Origin: Pseudothioglobus sp. nBUS_23
GTDB taxonomy: Bacteria > Pseudomonadota > Gammaproteobacteria > PS1 > Pseudothioglobaceae
NCBI RefSeq assembly: GCF_051201565.1
Contig: NZ_CP179200.1
Coordinates: 1,530,001-1,562,000, forward strand
DNA: 32,000 bases
Reading direction: 5' to 3'
Below, piece after piece: positions 16,915 through 24,951 of this stretch (the stretch's first letter is position 1; the number at the start of each line of letters is the position of its first letter). A program made the translations under genes and the position numbers. The notes beneath the pieces were generated by a model. The model saw only the letters and a list, made by a program, of their open reading frames with translations, was not told where the DNA came from and ran no database searches.

Positions 16915-18229
16915 TATCCAAACAATTGCCAAAGTTGTAGATGGGAAATCAACTAGTAGTGAAGTCAAAATGTTTAATGGTGTTTGCACTGATACTAGGA
17001 CAGAGGTTAATGGAAAGCTCTTTATTGCACTCGAAGGGCTAAATTTTGATGCTCATAACTTTTCAAAACAAGCCATAGATTTAGGGGCTAGAGCAATAAT
17101 TGCGCATAAACAAATTGATTCAAGCATACCTGTCATACAGGTTAAGAATACTGAGAAGGCTTTCCAAGATATTGCATCCTGGCATCGTCAATCTCATTCG
17201 CCTGTGGTTATTGCTATTACTGGAAGCAATGGCAAAACATCAACGAAAAATATGCTCTACTCTATCTTGTCGCATAGAGCATCAACACTCTCAACGAAAG
17301 GAAATCTTAATAACCACCTTGGGGTGCCTCTAACGCTCCTTGACTTAGAAGAGCATCATGAGTTTTGTATCATTGAGATGGGTGCAAATCATCAACATGA
17401 AATCGCCCTTTTGTGCTCGATAGCTCGTCCCAACATTTCACTCATCACCAATGCCAATAATGCTCATCTAGGCGAATTTGGAAGTGAAGAAAATCTCGTT
17501 AAGGCCAAAGGCGAGATCATAGAATCTTTATCCAATAAAGGAACAGCCATCATCAATAATTCGTCTCCCCATAAAAAGACCTGGGAAGAAATGTCTGGAA
17601 CTAAGAGTATAAGATTTTTTGGAGATGGTGGGAGTGTATCTGCTAGTAACATTAAAGAGTTTAAAACTCACACCAACTTTAATCTCAACTTTAGTGGTCA
17701 ATCATTGAGTATTAAACTTTCAATGATTGGATTACACCAAGTTAATAATGCCTTGGCTGCTGCATGCTGTGCAATAGAACTTGGTATTGAGCCAGAACTG
17801 ATTAAGAAGGGTCTTGAAAATACTCAACCAGAAAAAGGCAGATTAGAGCTACTAGAACTAGAGAGCTTCAAAATTCTTGATGATAGTTATAATGCAAACC
17901 CTGAGTCAATGAAGTCGGCCATTGACACTATCAGCAACTTTGCTGGAGAAAAAGTCTTGGTTCTTGGCTCTATGGGTGAGCTTGGAAAAGACTCTAAAAA
18001 ATTACATCAAGAGATTGGTGATTATGCTCGTCAATCAAACATTCATCAACTTCTAACTATTGGAGAAGATGCAAAAGAATATCAAGGGACCCATTATGAC
18101 GATATCGCTTCAATCTATGAGGTAATAAAAAACAACCACAAAGGATCGACAATCTTAATCAAAGGATCAAGGATGATGGGGCTTAATGAATTGGTTGATA
18201 TTTTAGTAAATACCGCAAACTCTCCTTGA
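16901..18229 (+). CDS. murF: UDP-N-acetylmuramoyl-tripeptide--D-alanyl-D-alanine ligase
   Basis: 442 aa with ITGSNGKTSTKNM, LDDSYNANPESM and the Mur ligase fold pattern. It overlaps the end of murE by 14 nt. Confidence 0.92.
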   Translation: MLSTDIQTIAKVVDGKSTSSEVKMFNGVCTDTRTEVNGKLFIALEGLNFDAHNFSKQAIDLGARAIIAHKQIDSSIPVIQVKNTEKAFQDIASWHRQSHSPVVIAITGSNGKTSTKNMLYSILSHRASTLSTKGNLNNHLGVPLTLLDLEEHHEFCIIEMGANHQHEIALLCSIARPNISLITNANNAHLGEFGSEENLVKAKGEIIESLSNKGTAIINNSSPHKKTWEEMSGTKSIRFFGDGGSVSASNIKEFKTHTNFNLNFSGQSLSIKLSMIGLHQVNNALAAACCAIELGIEPELIKKGLENTQPEKGRLELLELESFKILDDSYNANPESMKSAIDTISNFAGEKVLVLGSMGELGKDSKKLHQEIGDYARQSNIHQLLTIGEDAKEYQGTHYDDIASIYEVIKNNHKGSTILIKGSRMMGLNELVDILVNTANSP

Positions 18230-18254
18230 CCTTTAGATGAAACATGGCGATAAT
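18226..18254 (+). promoter_or_regulatory. Candidate sigma70 promoter for tRNA-Arg (TTGACC, 17-nt spacer, GATAAT)
   Basis: TTGACC lies at 18226-18231 and contains the murF stop codon. GATAAT lies at 18249-18254. The tRNA 5' end is 10 nt downstream of the -10 element. Confidence 0.5.
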
Positions 18255-18263
18255 TACGCAGCT

Positions 18264-18340
18264 GCGCTCGTAGCTCAACTGGATAGAGTACTCGGCTACG
18301 AACCGAGCGGTTGCAGGTTCGACTCCTGCCGAGCGCGCCA
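18264..18340 (+). tRNA. tRNA-Arg (anticodon ACG)
   Basis: Cloverleaf folded by hand: acceptor GCGCTCG/CGAGCGC, anticodon stem CTCGG/CCGAG with loop CTACGAA, T-arm GCAGG-TTCGACT-CCTGC, and an encoded CCA. Confidence 0.93.
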
Positions 18341-18394
18341 ACCTTTAAAAGTTTATTCTAAACATCATGAGTCTTTGATAGAATTACTCCAACT

Positions 18395-18979
18395 ATGATG
18401 ACTCTCCCAAATCTTATAACCCTGGCTAGAATTTTTTTAATTCCTGTCTTTATCGGTTTATTTTATCTTCAGCCCAACTATTTAGATGGTGAGCCTCTCG
18501 GCTGGATAAATAATGCATTGATTGCAATCTTTATAATCATTAGTGCAACAGACTTTATTGATGGTTTTTTAGCAAGAAGACTCAATCAAGTTTCTGCCCT
18601 TGGTGCATTTCTTGATCCCGTTGCAGACAAATTAATGGTCTGCACCGCTCTCATTCTTTTAATTGATTACTATCACACCTGGTACGTCACAATACCTTCA
18701 ATCATTATTATATCGAGAGAGATTCTTGTTTCAGCACTTAGAGAATGGATGAGTGAGGTTGGCAAAAGAGCAAACGTAGCAGTGTCTTGGATTGGTAAAT
18801 CAAAAACATTTGTCCAAATGGTCGCAATACTTTTTTTATTAATTCATCAGCCGCTTTTATTTTTTTCATTTAATGAGATAAATATGATGGGTAGAGTTTT
18901 ACTTTTTATAGCCACTATTCTGACCCTGTGGTCCGGTATAAAATATCTTATAGCAGGCTTAAAAACATTTGACAGTTAG
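18395..18979 (+). CDS. pgsA: CDP-diacylglycerol--glycerol-3-phosphate 3-phosphatidyltransferase
   Basis: 194-aa membrane protein with the CDP-alcohol phosphotransferase motif DFIDGFLARRLNQVSALGAFLDPVADK. It is followed by tRNA-Gly and tRNA-Cys, as in E. coli (pgsA-glyW-cysT). Confidence 0.9.
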   Translation: MMTLPNLITLARIFLIPVFIGLFYLQPNYLDGEPLGWINNALIAIFIIISATDFIDGFLARRLNQVSALGAFLDPVADKLMVCTALILLIDYYHTWYVTIPSIIIISREILVSALREWMSEVGKRANVAVSWIGKSKTFVQMVAILFLLIHQPLLFFSFNEINMMGRVLLFIATILTLWSGIKYLIAGLKTFDS

Positions 18980-18996
18980 AAAAAAAACACTATAAT
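18969..18996 (+). promoter_or_regulatory. Candidate sigma70 promoter for tRNA-Gly (TTGACA, 16-nt spacer, TATAAT)
   Basis: Consensus hexamers lie at 18969-18974 and 18991-18996. The spacer contains the pgsA stop codon. The tRNA starts 13 nt after the -10 element. Confidence 0.55.
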
Positions 18997-19008
18997 TTCT
19001 CACCTTGT

Positions 19009-19084
19009 GCGGGAATAGCTCAGCTGGTAGAGCATCACGTTGCCAACGTGAATGTCGCGAGTTCGAATCTCGTTTCCCGCTCCA
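19009..19084 (+). tRNA. tRNA-Gly (anticodon GCC)
   Basis: Acceptor GCGGGAA/TTCCCGC, anticodon stem TCACG/CGTGA with loop TTGCCAA, T-arm GCGAG-TTCGAAT-CTCGT, and an encoded CCA. Confidence 0.93.
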
Positions 19085-19102
19085 AATTCTAACTGCATGT
19101 TT

Positions 19103-19128
19103 AGCCTGTAATAAACAGGCTTTTTTTT
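19103..19128 (+). terminator. Terminator-like hairpin between tRNA-Gly and tRNA-Cys
   Basis: AGCCTGT-AATAA-ACAGGCT, a 7-bp perfect stem, followed by a run of eight T in total (19121-19128). Confidence 0.5.
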
Positions 19129-19143
19129 AGTTAAAACTAAAAT

Positions 19144-19217
19144 GGCTGGGTAGCAAAGCGGTTATGCAGGGGCCTGCAAAGCCTTTTAGACCGGTTCGAC
19201 TCCGGTCCCAGCCTCCA
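19144..19217 (+). tRNA. tRNA-Cys (anticodon GCA)
   Basis: GGCTGGGTAGCAAAGCGGTTATGCAGGGGCCTGCAAAGCC...GGTTCGACTCCGGTCCCAGCCTCCA is colinear with E. coli tRNA-Cys. The anticodon loop is CTGCAAA. Confidence 0.9.
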
Positions 19218-19231
19218 TTCATTATATGTAG

Positions 19232-20965
19232 TTAATGGCATTCATCAAAAACAAGCGCCTGGCATTTCTCACATTTGGATTTATCAAGGCGATCATATAC
19301 GTCACGAATAGCTTCTGATTTGGAATCAAAGAAATTTTCTCTGCCTATTTCATCTACAAAGTTAACTTTCTCCATAAACTCCATAGTTTGAGTCTTAACT
19401 GCCACGAAATAAAGACTTCCATGCTTTGCTTTGAGGCGCTTATTCTCTATCAAAAGAGCTTCAATTCCTGCAAGGTCAATAAAGTTAACGCCACTGGCAA
19501 CAATCAGAATGTGGTAAATCCTTTGATTGTCGACAATCCTACTAATTTGTTTTTGGATATGGTTTATTGAACCAAAATAAATTGACATATCAATTCGAAT
19601 TATCTTGAGCTGAGGACACTGAACTAGAGGAGCCTTCCTGATGCTTTGTAAGCGCCTATCTCCCTCACCTGGAGGAGTTGCAAATGCCAATGTATGAACA
19701 TCAGGTGTTGACGTTTTGGCAATAAAGAGCATCAGTGACAATAACACTCCAAGATAGATCGCAAACTCCAATTCAAATAAAAGAGTTGCGAGGAATGTAG
19801 CTGTAAATATGACGCTTTCAGATTTACTATATTTAAAAGTTTTTTTAATATTTTTAAAATCAACTAAATTATAGGCCACAAGGAGAATAACGCCAGCCAT
19901 CGCTGCCAAGGGCAAATAAGCAATTAATGGAGCAACTAAAAGCACAATAGCAATTAAAAAAATTGCTGCGAGAATTGCTGACAACGGAGTTCTAGCACCA
20001 GCTTCAAAATTCACTCCAGACCTTGTAAATGATCCAGAGGAGGCGTAACTTGATAGAAAGCTTCCAACAATATTAGAAGCGCCCTGACCAATAAACTCCT
20101 GATTTGCATCTATTCTCTGATTTGATTTTGTCGCAATTGATCTGCCAATTGAAGAGGCTTCTATAAGTCCCAAAAGTGCAATAGCGAATGCTTCAGGTGC
20201 AAGTGATTTGAGCGACCCAAGAGAAAAGTCAGGAGTTGATAATGGCGGAAAATAAGCAGGCATCGCACCGACAGTTTTAATGCTGTCTGTAAAATTACTT
20301 AAATAAAAAGCTAGGACGCCTCCTACAAGCATACCTATAAGAAGATTTGGATACTTTGGCCTCATAATCTTGACAAGAATGGCACTCATTAAGGTACCTA
20401 AGCCCACTATCAAGAGAAAGAAATCAAGTTCTGCAGCCCCCCAATATAAATCAAACCAGGTATGAATGAAATCCTCTCCCCTTGGAATTTCAATACCAAC
20501 AATGTAAGGAATTTGACTACTGGCAATCAACAGCGCTGCACCAGCGGTAAAACCAATCACAACATTGTGAGAAACAAAGTTAATTAAGAGTCCAAATTTT
20601 GCGAGGCCAAAAACGAGTTGATAGACACCAGCTAAGAAAGTTAGAGTTAGCGCCAAAGAAACAAACTCCTCACTACCTGGAGTTGCATATTTGCTTACTG
20701 CTGCAAATACGACAATTGAAATTGCAGTTGTTGGACCAGAAACAAGATGAAAGGAAGAGCCAAAAAGTGCAGCAATGATAGGAACAACCATTGCGGTATA
20801 AAGACCATACTCAGGCGGCATTCCGGCAATAGTTGCAAACGCAACACTCTGCGGAAGAACAATAATAGCACCAGTCAGACCCGCGAAAAAATCTGCCTTA
20901 ATTGTTTCCAGAGTAGTCAGTCGAAACCAAACTATAAAAGGAAAAATTTTTGCTAATTGATTCAT
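19232..20965 (-). CDS. SulP-family inorganic anion transporter with a C-terminal STAS domain
   Basis: 577 aa and polytopic. The N-terminal region (ADFFAGLTGAIIVLPQSVAFATIAGMPPEYGLYTA) is typical of SulP/SLC26. The C-terminal ~130 aa are STAS-like (ILIVASGVNFIDLAGIEAL). The extreme C-terminus is KCEKCQALVFDECH. Confidence 0.85.
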   Translation of the reverse strand: MNQLAKIFPFIVWFRLTTLETIKADFFAGLTGAIIVLPQSVAFATIAGMPPEYGLYTAMVVPIIAALFGSSFHLVSGPTTAISIVVFAAVSKYATPGSEEFVSLALTLTFLAGVYQLVFGLAKFGLLINFVSHNVVIGFTAGAALLIASSQIPYIVGIEIPRGEDFIHTWFDLYWGAAELDFFLLIVGLGTLMSAILVKIMRPKYPNLLIGMLVGGVLAFYLSNFTDSIKTVGAMPAYFPPLSTPDFSLGSLKSLAPEAFAIALLGLIEASSIGRSIATKSNQRIDANQEFIGQGASNIVGSFLSSYASSGSFTRSGVNFEAGARTPLSAILAAIFLIAIVLLVAPLIAYLPLAAMAGVILLVAYNLVDFKNIKKTFKYSKSESVIFTATFLATLLFELEFAIYLGVLLSLMLFIAKTSTPDVHTLAFATPPGEGDRRLQSIRKAPLVQCPQLKIIRIDMSIYFGSINHIQKQISRIVDNQRIYHILIVASGVNFIDLAGIEALLIENKRLKAKHGSLYFVAVKTQTMEFMEKVNFVDEIGRENFFDSKSEAIRDVYDRLDKSKCEKCQALVFDECH

Positions 20966-21070
20966 AAATTTAAAGGTCTAAAAAGTGCTTGGTTCCAGTG
21001 GGTCGTAGATTATATAGTAATTCCAATCTGCATTCAGTGCAGCAAAAATATTAATTCATTTTGAAACATA

Positions 21071-21388
21071 TTAGATCTGCACAAAAAACATATAAACTGC
21101 TGTGCCAGCGACAATACTTAACAATGCATTTCGTTTATACACTTGAATACCAATCGTAACAGCAAGCGCTATAGAAGTATAAACGAGCTCAAAGGAATAA
21201 TAATTCATATCCCTCAACATATAGATAACAAGAATCATCATTACCATTGGTGGCGTACTTTTTGCAACATAGTTAAGTAAAGAGCTTTCTCTACCCGGAC
21301 TAAAAAGTATAAAAGGAATGAGCCTTGTAAAGTAGGTTGACAATGCCATCACAATGATGACAACGATGAGATATTCTAATTCATTCAT
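21071..21388 (-). CDS. azlD: AzlD-family small membrane protein (branched-chain amino acid transport accessory subunit)
   Basis: 105 aa with about four hydrophobic helices. It overlaps the upstream AzlC-like gene by 4 nt, which is the usual azlCD arrangement. The family call rests on size, topology and context. Confidence 0.65.
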   Translation of the reverse strand: MNELEYLIVVIIVMALSTYFTRLIPFILFSPGRESSLLNYVAKSTPPMVMMILVIYMLRDMNYYSFELVYTSIALAVTIGIQVYKRNALLSIVAGTAVYMFFVQI

Positions 21389-22068
21389 GATGAAGAGCCT
21401 TTTATAAGACGCAAGAAAACTATTGAAGCAATTGAGATCATAATAGCAACGAGTAGCATATGATTTATGAACAATAAAAGAGCGATAATGGATGAGATTA
21501 AGCCAATAATAAACGGCAGTAATCTTCTAACCATTATCCATTGCTCGATTAGCAAAACTACAAATAAGGCTGTTGCTGCAAACTCCATCCCATCAGTATT
21601 AAAAGTCATAAAGTCTGCGAGCAGTGCACCAATCGTGCACCCTAAAACCCAATATATTTGAGAAAACAGAGTAATGTAGAGAAAATAGCGCTCTTTCACA
21701 AAACCCTCTGGAACTTGAATAGTAGTTAGCAATGCATATGTTTCATCGGTCATTCCAAAAATCAGATAAAGTTTTCTAAAGTTCCAATTTCCAAAACTTT
21801 CTAAAAATGATAAGCCATAAAACATATGTCTTGAATTTAAAAAGAAAGTTGATATCGCAATTTCTACAACTCCTAAACCAGCAGATAAAAACCCAATAGC
21901 CATGAACTGTGCCGCTCCTGCATAAACAATAATTCCCATTAAAGATGCAAAGTACCACGGATATCCTAGGTTTTGAAATAGTAGTCCAAAGGCAATGCCC
22001 AAAGGAACAAAACCAAACATAATTGGTAACGAAATTTTAATTGCTGATCGAACCATACTGAAGGTCAA
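21385..22068 (-). CDS. azlC: AzlC-family membrane protein (putative branched-chain amino acid exporter subunit)
   Basis: 227 aa and polytopic, with an AzlC-like N-terminal pattern (PIMFGFVPLGIAFGLL...GAAQF). The ORF-track start is TTG at 22068. An ATG four codons downstream (22056) is equally plausible. Confidence 0.7.
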   Translation of the reverse strand: MTFSMVRSAIKISLPIMFGFVPLGIAFGLLFQNLGYPWYFASLMGIIVYAGAAQFMAIGFLSAGLGVVEIAISTFFLNSRHMFYGLSFLESFGNWNFRKLYLIFGMTDETYALLTTIQVPEGFVKERYFLYITLFSQIYWVLGCTIGALLADFMTFNTDGMEFAATALFVVLLIEQWIMVRRLLPFIIGLISSIIALLLFINHMLLVAIMISIASIVFLRLIKGSSS

Positions 22069-22184
22069 AAATCTTATTGAATTAAAAAAGATGTTAATAA
22101 AAATTAAAACAAAAAAAACTAAAGATATATATTAATTCATGTATACTTTTTTTGCTAGTAAATGAGTGTAAATATGTATCAAAT

Positions 22185-22211
22185 TTTAATTGATATATTT
22201 TATCAATTAAA
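22185..22211. promoter_or_regulatory. Perfect inverted repeat (TTAATTGATA-TATTT-TATCAATTAA); candidate operator overlapping a candidate sat promoter
   Basis: Arms of 10 bp (11 bp counting the flanking T/A pair) are separated by 5 nt. The left arm contains TTGATA (22190-22195). TATGAT (22214-22219) lies 18 nt downstream. The sat ATG is at 22289. Confidence 0.4.
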
Positions 22212-22288
22212 CCTATGATAACATATCCCTAACTCATGTATATGAGTTTGATAATTCTGCCAATTTAATACAAAAATTACAATAAACT

Positions 22289-23494
22289 ATGTCTAAGCTT
22301 GTTCCTCCTCATGGTAGCTCAAATCTAAAGCCGCTTGCTCTAAGCCCTGATGAAGCGCTTCTTGAGAAAAAGAAGTCTGAAACACTGACTAAAGTCATAT
22401 GCACTTCTAGGGAATTTGGCGATGTAATTATGCTTGGAATCGGTGGATTTACTCCTCTAGATGGCTTTATGAATAAGGCTGACTGGCAAAATGTTTGCAA
22501 AAACATGGCTTTAGAAAACGGTACTTTCTGGCCAATTCCGATAACACTCTCTACCAATGATGACGACATCAATGAAGGCCAAGAAATTGCTATTGTGTAT
22601 GAAAAAACGAATGAGACAATTGCAACAATGGTTGTTTCTGAGAAATATACAATTGACAAAGAACTAGAATGTAAAGAGGTCTTTCAAACTACAAATACAG
22701 ATCACCCTGGAGTTGCAATAGTAATGGCTCAGGGCAAATACAATATTGCGGGCAAAGTAAAAGTTATTTCTGATGGGGGATTTCCAGAGCAATATGGTGA
22801 GCTATACATGACGCCTTCAGAAACTCGCTCATATTTTGAGGAGAAAGGCTGGTCTACGATAGCAGCTTTTCAGACTAGAAACCCAATGCATAGATCTCAT
22901 GAGTATTTAGCAAAAATAGCTATAGAAATATGTGATGGAGTAATGATTCACTCAACCTTAGGCGAACTTAAACCTGGTGACATTCCTGCAGATGTTCGTT
23001 CAGAAGCCATTTCCACATTAATTGAAAATTATTTCGTTAAAAATACTGTAATTCAGTCTGGTTACCCATTAGACATGAGATATGCTGGTCCAAGAGAAGC
23101 ATTGTTACATGCTCTATTTAGACAAAATTATGGCTGCTCACATTTAATTGTTGGACGAGATCATGCTGGCGTTGGAGATTATTATGGTCCTTTCGATGCG
23201 CATAATATTTTTGATGAAATCGATGCTGACCTAGTGACAAAACCACTCAAAATTGACTGGACATTTTGGTGCAATAAGTGTGCAGGCATGTCCAGCATGA
23301 AAACATGTCCTCATAGTCATGAAGATAGATTGTTACTTTCAGGATCAAAATTGAGGCACCTTCTCAGTGAAAATGAAGAGGTTCCTGAAAACTTTTCTAG
23401 GCCTGAGGTATTAAAAATTCTTCAAAAATATTACGCAGGGATTAAGGATAGCGACAAAGTAAAAGTTGAACTAAAAGGGCATTCTGCGAAATAA
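22289..23494 (+). CDS. sat: Sulfate adenylyltransferase (ATP sulfurylase)
   Basis: 401 aa with the ATP-sulfurylase motifs [15 protein letters not shown] and [11 protein letters not shown]. Located directly upstream of aprMBA. Confidence 0.93.
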   Translation: MSKLVPPHGSSNLKPLALSPDEALLEKKKSETLTKVICTSREFGDVIMLGIGGFTPLDGFMNKADWQNVCKNMALENGTFWPIPITLSTNDDDINEGQEIAIVYEKTNETIATMVVSEKYTIDKELECKEVFQTTNTDHPGVAIVMAQGKYNIAGKVKVISDGGFPEQYGELYMTPSETRSYFEEKGWSTIAAFQTRNPMHRSHEYLAKIAIEICDGVMIHSTLGELKPGDIPADVRSEAISTLIENYFVKNTVIQSGYPLDMRYAGPREALLHALFRQNYGCSHLIVGRDHAGVGDYYGPFDAHNIFDEIDADLVTKPLKIDWTFWCNKCAGMSSMKTCPHSHEDRLLLSGSKLRHLLSENEEVPENFSRPEVLKILQKYYAGIKDSDKVKVELKGHSAK

Positions 23495-23663
23495 ATTGAT
23501 ATGGTAAATGATAAAATTATCTGGTCCATTAGTTGTGAGTTTTCTGGTTCTATAAAATTCACTCTTTTAGGGCAGGTTTCTTCTACAATTGCACGCTCGG
23601 AAATGTAGTGCATTTAATTTGAAAAAAATATATTTGTAATACAATTTAATAAAGGAAAAAATA

Positions 23664-24458
23664 ATGATCTCTATAAACCCGTTTTCTGAAATAGGAACTT
23701 TCATACCATCTTTTGTAATGCAGACATATGTTGTTGCTATGTTTCTTTTAGTCATTGGTGCAACCATCTTTGATGTCATACACAAAAAAAGTGCTAAGTA
23801 CTTTTTTAACAACTCAGTTAAAGCTAAAAAATCTGCGACAAGAAATGTGGGGTCAGGCGAGAAGGCATCTTTAGCCTTTAAAACTGCAACCAATGAAGTG
23901 CTCACTTCTTCTGAGTTTTGTAGTACTAGAAGGAGGCTAGCTCATCTTCTGACCATGTATGGTTTTGTTCTGTTTGTGATAGCAACTGCTGTGATGATTT
24001 TCTCATACTCAGTGCCTAATTCTATGACGCCTTCTATCTGGCCATTAATGTGGCACTTAGGTGCTGCAATGCTTTGCTTGGGTGGATATTGGTTCTGGTT
24101 CTTTATCAGAGTTGATGTCGCTGCTGAAGGCAATAAGTGGTATAGAGTGATGAGAGCAGATTTATTTGTACTATCATTGATTGCGATGGCGACCTTTGCA
24201 CTAATCTGGTCCTATCTTCAATCAAGTCAAATTGCTATATGGCAAACTTTATTCTTTGGTCTATTTATTATTTCAAGTACTGTTCTTTTTGGTGGAGTGC
24301 TTTGGTCTAAATTTGCCCATATGTTTTATAAGCCTGCTGCAGCTTATCAAAAAAGAGTTACCAAGGCAGATGGTTCTAGAGAGAATCTTCCTGAACCTGC
24401 CGACTTACCAGAGAAATTTGGTCTAGGAATAAAGCGTGAAGCGCCACGCCACTATTAA
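23664..24458 (+). CDS. aprM: Putative AprM, membrane anchor of adenylylsulfate reductase
   Basis: 264 aa with five predicted transmembrane helices and a charged cytoplasmic tail. It sits between sat and aprB, as in the aprM-type gene clusters of sulfur oxidisers. The assignment rests on topology and context. Confidence 0.7.
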   Translation: MISINPFSEIGTFIPSFVMQTYVVAMFLLVIGATIFDVIHKKSAKYFFNNSVKAKKSATRNVGSGEKASLAFKTATNEVLTSSEFCSTRRRLAHLLTMYGFVLFVIATAVMIFSYSVPNSMTPSIWPLMWHLGAAMLCLGGYWFWFFIRVDVAAEGNKWYRVMRADLFVLSLIAMATFALIWSYLQSSQIAIWQTLFFGLFIISSTVLFGGVLWSKFAHMFYKPAAAYQKRVTKADGSRENLPEPADLPEKFGLGIKREAPRHY

Positions 24459-24480
24459 TTAATTTTTCGGAGAAAATATT

Positions 24481-24951
24481 ATGCCAACTTTTGTATACAT
24501 GACTCGATGCGATGGATGTGGACACTGTGTAGATATCTGTCCATCAGATATTATGCACATCGATAAAACGATTCGTCGTGCTGTTAACATAGAACCAAAT
24601 ATGTGCTGGGAATGCTACTCATGTGTAAAAGCATGCCCACAAAACGCTATTGATGCAAGAGGTTATACTGATTTTGCACCTCTTGGACACAGCGTCAGGG
24701 TGCTTCGCGAAGAAGAGAAAGGAACAATTTCTTGGAAAATTAAATTTAGAGATGGAAGAGAGAAAAATTTCCTCTCTCCAATAACAACTCAACCATGGGG
24801 TGAGAAGATTCCTAAACTTGGCGAACTTGAAGTTCCTGATCAAGAAGCTTTAGACTCTCAGTTATTGTGCTTTGAGCCAGATGCGCTTAATGTTGAGACA
24901 GGTTTGCCTGTAATCAGCAAGGACAAGCTTAAAGAAGGAGTTTACTACTAA
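24481..24951 (+). CDS. aprB: Adenylylsulfate (APS) reductase beta subunit
   Basis: 156 aa with two [4Fe-4S] ferredoxin motifs (CDGCGHCVDICP and CWECYSCVKACP) followed by the AprB-specific tail (ISWKIKFRDG). The stop overlaps the aprA start as TAATG. Confidence 0.92.
   Translation: MPTFVYMTRCDGCGHCVDICPSDIMHIDKTIRRAVNIEPNMCWECYSCVKACPQNAIDARGYTDFAPLGHSVRVLREEEKGTISWKIKFRDGREKNFLSPITTQPWGEKIPKLGELEVPDQEALDSQLLCFEPDALNVETGLPVISKDKLKEGVYY

Noticed and set aside
18230-19231. tRNA cluster considered as a genomic-island integration hotspot
   Set aside because: No integrase, direct repeat of a tRNA 3' end, or phage/IS gene is visible on either side. The neighbours are pgsA and a SulP transporter, and the pgsA/tRNA-Gly/tRNA-Cys order is ancestral synteny.
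22309-22659. 116-aa ORF antisense to sat
   Set aside because: It is fully embedded in sat, which has strong motif support. Most likely a chance open frame in AT-rich DNA.
23501-23608. 35-codon plus-strand ORF (MVNDKIIWSISCEF...) in the sat-aprM intergenic region
   Set aside because: No ribosome-binding site and no recognisable features. It cannot be distinguished from chance without conservation or ribosome-profiling data.
23567-23905. 112-aa minus-strand ORF covering the sat-aprM spacer and the aprM start
   Set aside because: It overlaps the aprM coding region in antisense and has no Shine-Dalgarno or motif support.
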